Origin: Altibacter sp.
GTDB lineage: Bacteria; Bacteroidota; Bacteroidia; Flavobacteriales; Flavobacteriaceae
Reading direction: 5' to 3' (one strand)
Length of the DNA: 64,000 nt
NCBI RefSeq assembly: GCF_002696485.1
Contig: NZ_NZTP01000062.1
Below, piece after piece: positions 59,238 through 64,000 of this stretch. Both the position numbers and the translations under genes were made by a program. The notes below the pieces were generated by a model. The model saw only the letters and a program-made list of their open reading frames with translations. It had not been told where the DNA came from and ran no database searches. The stretch's first letter is position 1, and every line of letters begins with the position of its first letter.

Positions 59238-60326
59238 ATGGCCGCTAAGCGTAAACGCAAGATTAGGATCCCGAAAGTAAAACCGAGAAAAGTACAGAAT
59301 TCCGCTCCCGGAACGGTTACATATACGGGTAAGAAGCAGGCCCTGATCACCAAGTTAGAGATCATTGATTATTCCAGGGATCATTACAACAAGATAGACA
59401 CATCCGATGTGGAGATCGCGTTCAAGTTCAAGGGTACGGATCATGTTACTTGGATCAATGTGAACGGCTTGAACAATACCGACGAGATCGAGCGATTGGG
59501 AAATTACTACAATCTGCACCCGCTTATACAGGAAGATATCGTTACTACTAATCAGCGACCAAAGATCGACGAGTACGAAGATTATCTCTTTATTGTATTT
59601 AAAATGCTTCATTATACCGATGATGGAGAATTTATAAATGAACATGTAAGTATGGTGATTGGAAGGGATTATGTAGTGACCTTTCAAGAAGCAGACGGGG
59701 ATGTCTTTGACGGTGTGCGCGAACGTCTCGAAAATGGCAAGGGTCGAATTCGGTCCTCGGGGGCCGATTATTTGATGTTTGCGTTGCTTGATGCCGTAGT
59801 CGACAATTACTTTAGCGTGATAGAATATTTAAGCGGAAAGATAGAAGATCTGGAAGATCTACTTTTTGAATCGAAGATAGAAGATGATATTACCCAAGAT
59901 ATTCAAGATCTTAAAAAGGAAATACTTCGTATTCGCAGAGCTGTTGTTCCGTTACGAGAGGTCATTAACCGATTGGAAAAGACAGATACGCATTTGATAG
60001 AAGATCGCACACAAAACTACATTCGCGACCTTTACGACCATATTATACAGGTAAGTGAAAGTGTGGATATCTATCGTGAAATGATCTGGGGACTCATGGA
60101 TATGTATATGACGACCATTAGTAATAAAATGAACGAAGTGATGAAGGTATTAACCATTATGGCTTCCATTTTTATTCCATTAACCTTTATGGCAGGTATC
60201 TACGGTATGAATTTTGAGCACATGCCCGAACTTCATTTCAGGTATGGTTATTATTATTTATGGGCAGCGATGATCCTTGTATTTATAGGGATGCTTTATT
60301 ATTTTAAGCGAAAAAAATGGTTGTAA
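59238..60326 (+). CDS. corA: Magnesium/cobalt transporter CorA
   Basis: 362 aa with the YGMNF signature followed by two C-terminal TM helices. Confidence 0.9.
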   Translation: MAAKRKRKIRIPKVKPRKVQNSAPGTVTYTGKKQALITKLEIIDYSRDHYNKIDTSDVEIAFKFKGTDHVTWINVNGLNNTDEIERLGNYYNLHPLIQEDIVTTNQRPKIDEYEDYLFIVFKMLHYTDDGEFINEHVSMVIGRDYVVTFQEADGDVFDGVRERLENGKGRIRSSGADYLMFALLDAVVDNYFSVIEYLSGKIEDLEDLLFESKIEDDITQDIQDLKKEILRIRRAVVPLREVINRLEKTDTHLIEDRTQNYIRDLYDHIIQVSESVDIYREMIWGLMDMYMTTISNKMNEVMKVLTIMASIFIPLTFMAGIYGMNFEHMPELHFRYGYYYLWAAMILVFIGMLYYFKRKKWL

Positions 60327-60358
60327 AAAAAGGCTGAAAACGCGTTCCAGCCTTTTTT
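60325..60358. terminator. Bidirectional terminator after corA
   Basis: The sequence is aaaaaa aggctg (60331-60336) ... cagcct (60348-60353) tttttt. Confidence 0.65.
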
Positions 60359-60377
60359 GTATAAGAATTCGAGTCTT

Positions 60378-60809
60378 TTATCGCAACCACCCTTTTTGGG
60401 CTGCACCCTTACTATAATAATATAAAAAGATGGCTACTATTATAACTAATAACGGCATGACCACAGCGCCTGTACCATAGACATCCATAGCCGCAGTTGC
60501 CAAAAGCCAGTACAGCATCTGAACCAATACGGCGACCAACGAGATTAAGAACATGGGAATGGCCCATCGCTTTCGAATCAAAAGAAAGAGACTCCCTAGC
60601 AGCCCTCCAAAAACAGCCGTGGCAAACACGGCGGTATACCAAGATGGCAAACTGTCTACAAGCGCAATCTGTTCTACAGTCATTGCTTGTTGTAGTTCTT
60701 CTTTCATCAAACTCATGGAGAGAAATTGGAAAACACCCATGCAGTTCCAAATAAGGGCGATGATCGCAATGATCCAAAAGCCGGTGTTGGGTTTGGTTGG
60801 AGTAGTCAT
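60378..60809 (-). CDS. Four-helix membrane protein of unknown function
   Basis: Trimmed to ATG 60809 (MTTPTKPNTGFW). About 143 aa with 4 hydrophobic helices. Confidence 0.5.
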   Translation of the reverse strand: MTTPTKPNTGFWIIAIIALIWNCMGVFQFLSMSLMKEELQQAMTVEQIALVDSLPSWYTAVFATAVFGGLLGSLFLLIRKRWAIPMFLISLVAVLVQMLYWLLATAAMDVYGTGAVVMPLLVIIVAIFLYYYSKGAAQKGWLR

Positions 60810-60883
60810 AATCAATTGGTTTAAAGGTTGAACCTTATAAATGTACATATTTTAATTTATCTTTATATTTCAAAAAGAATTAG

Positions 60884-61561
60884 ATGAGTCCAACGGTACC
60901 AAAAGAGGTCTTTACATTTCTCGCCCAATTAAAGGAAAACAATCATCGGGATTGGATGCAGGAGCACAAAAAGGAATACCAACGCAATGAACAAGCCTTA
61001 AAAAAGTTCTATGCTTCGGTTGCGGAAGGGTTGAACAAGAACGATGAGATCGCAAAAACAAAAATTTTTCGTATCAATCGCGATATCCGCTTCAGTAATG
61101 ATAAAACGCCATACAATGTGCACCGCAGTGTAAGCTTCAGCAGAGCTGGAGATAACAGGCGCGGTGGATATTATTTACGGTTGGAACCCGGAAACTCGTT
61201 GATGGCAGGAGGTTTTTTTGATCCAAATGCGAGTGATCTATTACGCATTCGTAAAGAATTTGAAATGGATGCTTCAGAAATACGCAAGATCCTTCAGCAA
61301 AAGGACTTTAGTAAAGCGTTTGGAGGTTTTAATCAGGAATACGCTGTAAAGACCGCTCCAAAAGGCTTCAGTAAAGACGATCCCAATATAGATCTTATAC
61401 GCTTGAAAAGTTATTTCGTCACGCATTCTTTTTCAGACGATGAGGTATTTGCAACAGATTTCAAAGAAAATGTACTGTATCATTACGGTCTGTTACGCCC
61501 TTATTTCAATTATATGAGCGACGTACTAACTACCGACCTCAATGGAGTTTCTTTACTTTAG
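60884..61561 (+). CDS. DUF2461 (TIGR02453-like) family protein
   Basis: 225 aa with FRINRDIRFSNDKTPYN and GGYYLRLEPG, recalled as characteristic of this family. Confidence 0.7.
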   Translation: MSPTVPKEVFTFLAQLKENNHRDWMQEHKKEYQRNEQALKKFYASVAEGLNKNDEIAKTKIFRINRDIRFSNDKTPYNVHRSVSFSRAGDNRRGGYYLRLEPGNSLMAGGFFDPNASDLLRIRKEFEMDASEIRKILQQKDFSKAFGGFNQEYAVKTAPKGFSKDDPNIDLIRLKSYFVTHSFSDDEVFATDFKENVLYHYGLLRPYFNYMSDVLTTDLNGVSLL

Positions 61562-61591
61562 GTAGAATTAAACCAAAAATTACTTGCAATT

Positions 61592-61678
61592 ATAAGTTAA
61601 TTGGCTTATTATTGCTAAATATAAGTTTAAAAGCTTATTATTTGTTTATATAAGTGTAATACCTTTTCATATGAAGGG
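61592..61678 (+). repeat. Three tandem degenerate 29-bp repeats over the SatD-like gene promoter and start
   Basis: ATAAG occurs at 61592, 61621 and 61650, exactly 29 bp apart. CTTAT occurs at 61605 and 61634, with CTTTT at 61663. An identical 10-nt core, GCTTATTATT, occurs in copies 1 and 2. By my hand count, 20 of 29 positions are identical between copies 1 and 2. Confidence 0.65.
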
Positions 61679-62339
61679 AATAGCCATACTTAGCGGAGAT
61701 CTTATTAATTCCTCCAAATATCCCAAGGGAACGCTCATTGAGGTGATCGCTGCTATCAAAACGGTTTTTTTATCCTTAGAAACACAATATCCACAATCGG
61801 GTATTTCCTTCTCTATATATCGGGGCGACAGTTTTCAAGGAGCCATAGAACAGCCGGAACTGGCATTGGCCGTAGCTTTACAACTTAAAGCGGGAGTAAA
61901 TATGTATACTGCGGAAAAGCTTTCGAAAAAAGCAAAATCACCGGTGGCCGATCTTCGTATCGCCATAGGAATAGGGGAGGCCGATTATCAAAAAGGATCG
62001 CTAGCCGAAAGTAACGGGCCGGCATTTCAGTACTCCGGAAGAACCCTGGATGCTATGAAGGCCGAAGGAGTGAAAATGGCATTGACCACAGCATATCCCG
62101 ATATCAACGATGAGTTTAAGGTAAGTTTAAAACTACTGGATTCCATAACAAATCGGTGGTCAACAGCCTCGGCAGAAGTAGTATTTTATTTACTGAAAGG
62201 GCTTACAGAACAACAAATCGCCAACGAACTTGACCGAAGCCAAGCTGCCATACATTTACGCAAAAAAGCCGCAGGTTGGGACGAGATCCAATTGCTTTTA
62301 CAGCGATACCAACAGGTTACTAAAAAGTACTTCTCATGA
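61671..62339 (+). CDS. SatD-like protein: nucleotide-cyclase-like N-domain fused to a sigma70-region-4/LuxR-type HTH
   Basis: 222 aa. IAILSGDLINSS, YRGDSFQG and DLRIAIGIGEADY resemble class III cyclase / GGDEF-fold motifs. The C-terminal HTH is GLTEQQIANELDRSQAAIHLRKKAA. Confidence 0.6.
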   Translation: MKGIAILSGDLINSSKYPKGTLIEVIAAIKTVFLSLETQYPQSGISFSIYRGDSFQGAIEQPELALAVALQLKAGVNMYTAEKLSKKAKSPVADLRIAIGIGEADYQKGSLAESNGPAFQYSGRTLDAMKAEGVKMALTTAYPDINDEFKVSLKLLDSITNRWSTASAEVVFYLLKGLTEQQIANELDRSQAAIHLRKKAAGWDEIQLLLQRYQQVTKKYFS

Positions 62340-63067
62340 ATCCTCAACTTATTCTTGCATTACAACTATTACTTGCCCATGTGATCACCGATTTCGTTTT
62401 ACAGTCGGGTACATTGATACAACAAAAACGTTTAAAAAAAGCAAAAGCACCCTTTTTATATGTACATGCCTTCTTGGCGGGCGCGATCACATATCTGCTA
62501 TTACAAGATTGGTCTTTATGGTATGTGGCTCTCTTAATTAGTGTCACTCATTTTTTTATAGACCTTTGGAAATTGCACCAAAAGGAAGATTCCCTTTCCT
62601 ACTTTGTGATAGACCAAATCTTACACTTGGTGGTACTGCTTTTTGTTTGGCTTTGGCTCACAGCTTCCTTTTCAAAGGTTGTTCCCTTTATCGAAGACTT
62701 TTTTACTTCAACACATGTATTGGTGATTGTTACAGGATATCTTATTGTGATCTATCCCGTTGGATTCCTTATTGGGAAAGCAACCCAACGCTGGCAGGAA
62801 GAGATTGCCAAAGAAGGGGAGCGCACCAGTCTTGAGAAAGCAGGACGATACATTGGAATTTTTGAACGAATTCTTGTACTCACCTTTATCCTAAGCGATA
62901 ATTTTTCGGCTATCGGATTTTTGATCGCGGCAAAATCTATTCTAAGATTTAGTGATAAAAATAAGAGCGGCGCCCGAAAACAAACCGAATACGTCCTTAT
63001 AGGAACGCTCATGAGTTTCGCCCTAACGATTATTATAGGATTTCTAATGCGCGTACTCGTACTCTAA
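62336..63067 (+). CDS. DUF3307-like polytopic membrane protein
   Basis: 243 aa with an ATGA overlap with the SatD-like gene. The His/Asp-containing membrane motifs are LLLAHVITDFVLQ, THFFID and DQILH. Confidence 0.6.
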   Translation: MNPQLILALQLLLAHVITDFVLQSGTLIQQKRLKKAKAPFLYVHAFLAGAITYLLLQDWSLWYVALLISVTHFFIDLWKLHQKEDSLSYFVIDQILHLVVLLFVWLWLTASFSKVVPFIEDFFTSTHVLVIVTGYLIVIYPVGFLIGKATQRWQEEIAKEGERTSLEKAGRYIGIFERILVLTFILSDNFSAIGFLIAAKSILRFSDKNKSGARKQTEYVLIGTLMSFALTIIIGFLMRVLVL

Positions 63068-63451
63068 CAACTGAATATTACTTTTTAAGCGCTCTTTTAC
63101 GATATTCATCATTCGTTTATTCAAAGCTGAAGAATTCTGGATATAACTTTCGTATTCTGCTAAGGTGAATTGTCCAATGATAATCCCTTTTAAAGAATTC
63201 CTGAATTTCATGTCCTTGTGAATGGCATTTTCAATATAATCCAGTCTTTTTTCAATAGAAAGGTCGTAGAAGACCCGCTTGTGTTTTTGAACATAATTTT
63301 TAAAAACAGCCACCAATAGATCGTTCTGAAGCTTGGCTACAGGACGCAAGGTGTTGTTTTGAAAATATTCGTCGGGGGACATTCCGGGTAAGACCTGAGC
63401 CGATTTGATTAAAGGGCGTAATTGCAGCAGGGCGGCATCGCGAGGTTCCAT
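63044..63451 (-). CDS. Hypothetical soluble protein
   Basis: 135 aa. It is convergent with the DUF3307-like gene and overlaps it by 24 nt. I recognised no motif. Confidence 0.45.
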   Translation of the reverse strand: MEPRDAALLQLRPLIKSAQVLPGMSPDEYFQNNTLRPVAKLQNDLLVAVFKNYVQKHKRVFYDLSIEKRLDYIENAIHKDMKFRNSLKGIIIGQFTLAEYESYIQNSSALNKRMMNIVKERLKSNIQLLEYEYAH

Positions 63452-63603
63452 AGAAATTGGGTTTTATTAAAAATAAGGATTGTTTTGTAGCTATTTTCTG
63501 AAAAAAGCCATAGTTATAAACGTGGTTTTCAACAATTTTCGAGTTAAAGTAATCTTAATCAGCTACCCATTTTACAAGGGTTTCCATACATTTAAAATAA
63601 AAA

Positions 63604-64000
63604 CATGGCTACAGTGACCTCACTCAATCCGTATTCAGGAGAAAAAATTGAAACGCATAAGAAGCATACTAAAACTGAAATTGCCTCAATACTCAAAAAA
63701 GCAAATGATCGATTCTATTCGTGGCGGGAAACGTCAATCGAAGAACGAAAAAAACTGCTGCACGCCGCTGCAAGCGAACTAAAGAAGAATGCCGATGAAT
63801 ATGCTGAAATGATTACCAGGGAAATGGGGAAACCTATTTCTCAAGCTACTGCTGAAGTCGAAAAGTGTGCCTGGGTCTGCGAATATTATGCCGAAACTGC
63901 TGAAAAGCACCTAGCGAATGAGATCATTAAAACAGATGCTGAAAAAAGTTATGTGTCCTATGAACCTTTAGGTGTAATACTTGCCATAATGCCATGGAAC
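63604..64000 (+). CDS. NAD(P)-dependent aldehyde dehydrogenase (succinate-semialdehyde dehydrogenase-like), N-terminal part only
   Basis: ATG 63604 gives MATVTSLNPYSGEKIE..REMGKPISQATAEVEKCA..YEPLGVILAIMPWN. The ORF runs off the window end. Confidence 0.85.

Noticed and set aside
1-64000. A window-wide look for rRNA, tRNA, tmRNA, CRISPR arrays, IS elements, integrases, restriction-modification or toxin-antitoxin pairs.
   Set aside because: None was recognised by eye. Intergenic spacers are short and are accounted for by promoters and terminators. A tRNAscan/Infernal/ISfinder run would be needed to exclude small or degenerate elements formally.

Overview
This 64 kb window is chromosomal DNA that reads as a Flavobacteriia-type Bacteroidota genome. 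I infer the taxon from the lpxD-lpxC/fabZ-lpxA-efp arrangement, a PorX-type REC+PglZ regulator, ParE/ParC sizes, and recurrent TAnnTTTG -7 promoter boxes 20-30 nt upstream of start codons. I can support 67 conventional CDS plus 2 small candidate ORFs. The genes are densely packed and are mostly core metabolism and envelope biogenesis: a TonB-dependent receptor operon, serA-serC, ferredoxin, ychF, parE-parC-mscL, a hybrid histidine kinase, TerC, aroB, proline dehydrogenase, an AlaDH-family enzyme, tsaE, a porX-like gene, the lipid A cluster, sucD, fabG, a complete hisG-D-C-B-H-A-F-IE operon and corA. By eye I found no rRNA, tRNA, CRISPR array, transposase, integrase or phage gene, and no canonical defence-island signature. 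I therefore do not claim a defence system. The items worth a second look are mostly regulatory or small-scale. (1) A His-codon leader ORF plus strong terminator sits upstream of hisG and is a candidate attenuator. (2) TGTTTAC..GTAAACA palindromes lie between an XRE regulator and an M14 peptidase gene. (3) A translationally coupled SatD-like (nucleotide-cyclase-like motifs + HTH) / DUF3307-like membrane pair is preceded by three 29-bp-phased repeats; this is my best candidate for an uncharacterised module. (4) An OmpA-like / TM-helix-hairpin-helix / Na-solute-symporter operon is tightly coupled. (5) Three small unknown genes are coupled to the TonB-dependent receptor. (6) The lipid A cluster carries an extra methyltransferase, a second lpxD and an NTF2-like gene. 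All family names come from reading motifs without any database search. Start codons are provisional, because the ORF track uses the longest ATG/GTG/TTG start and I trimmed several.
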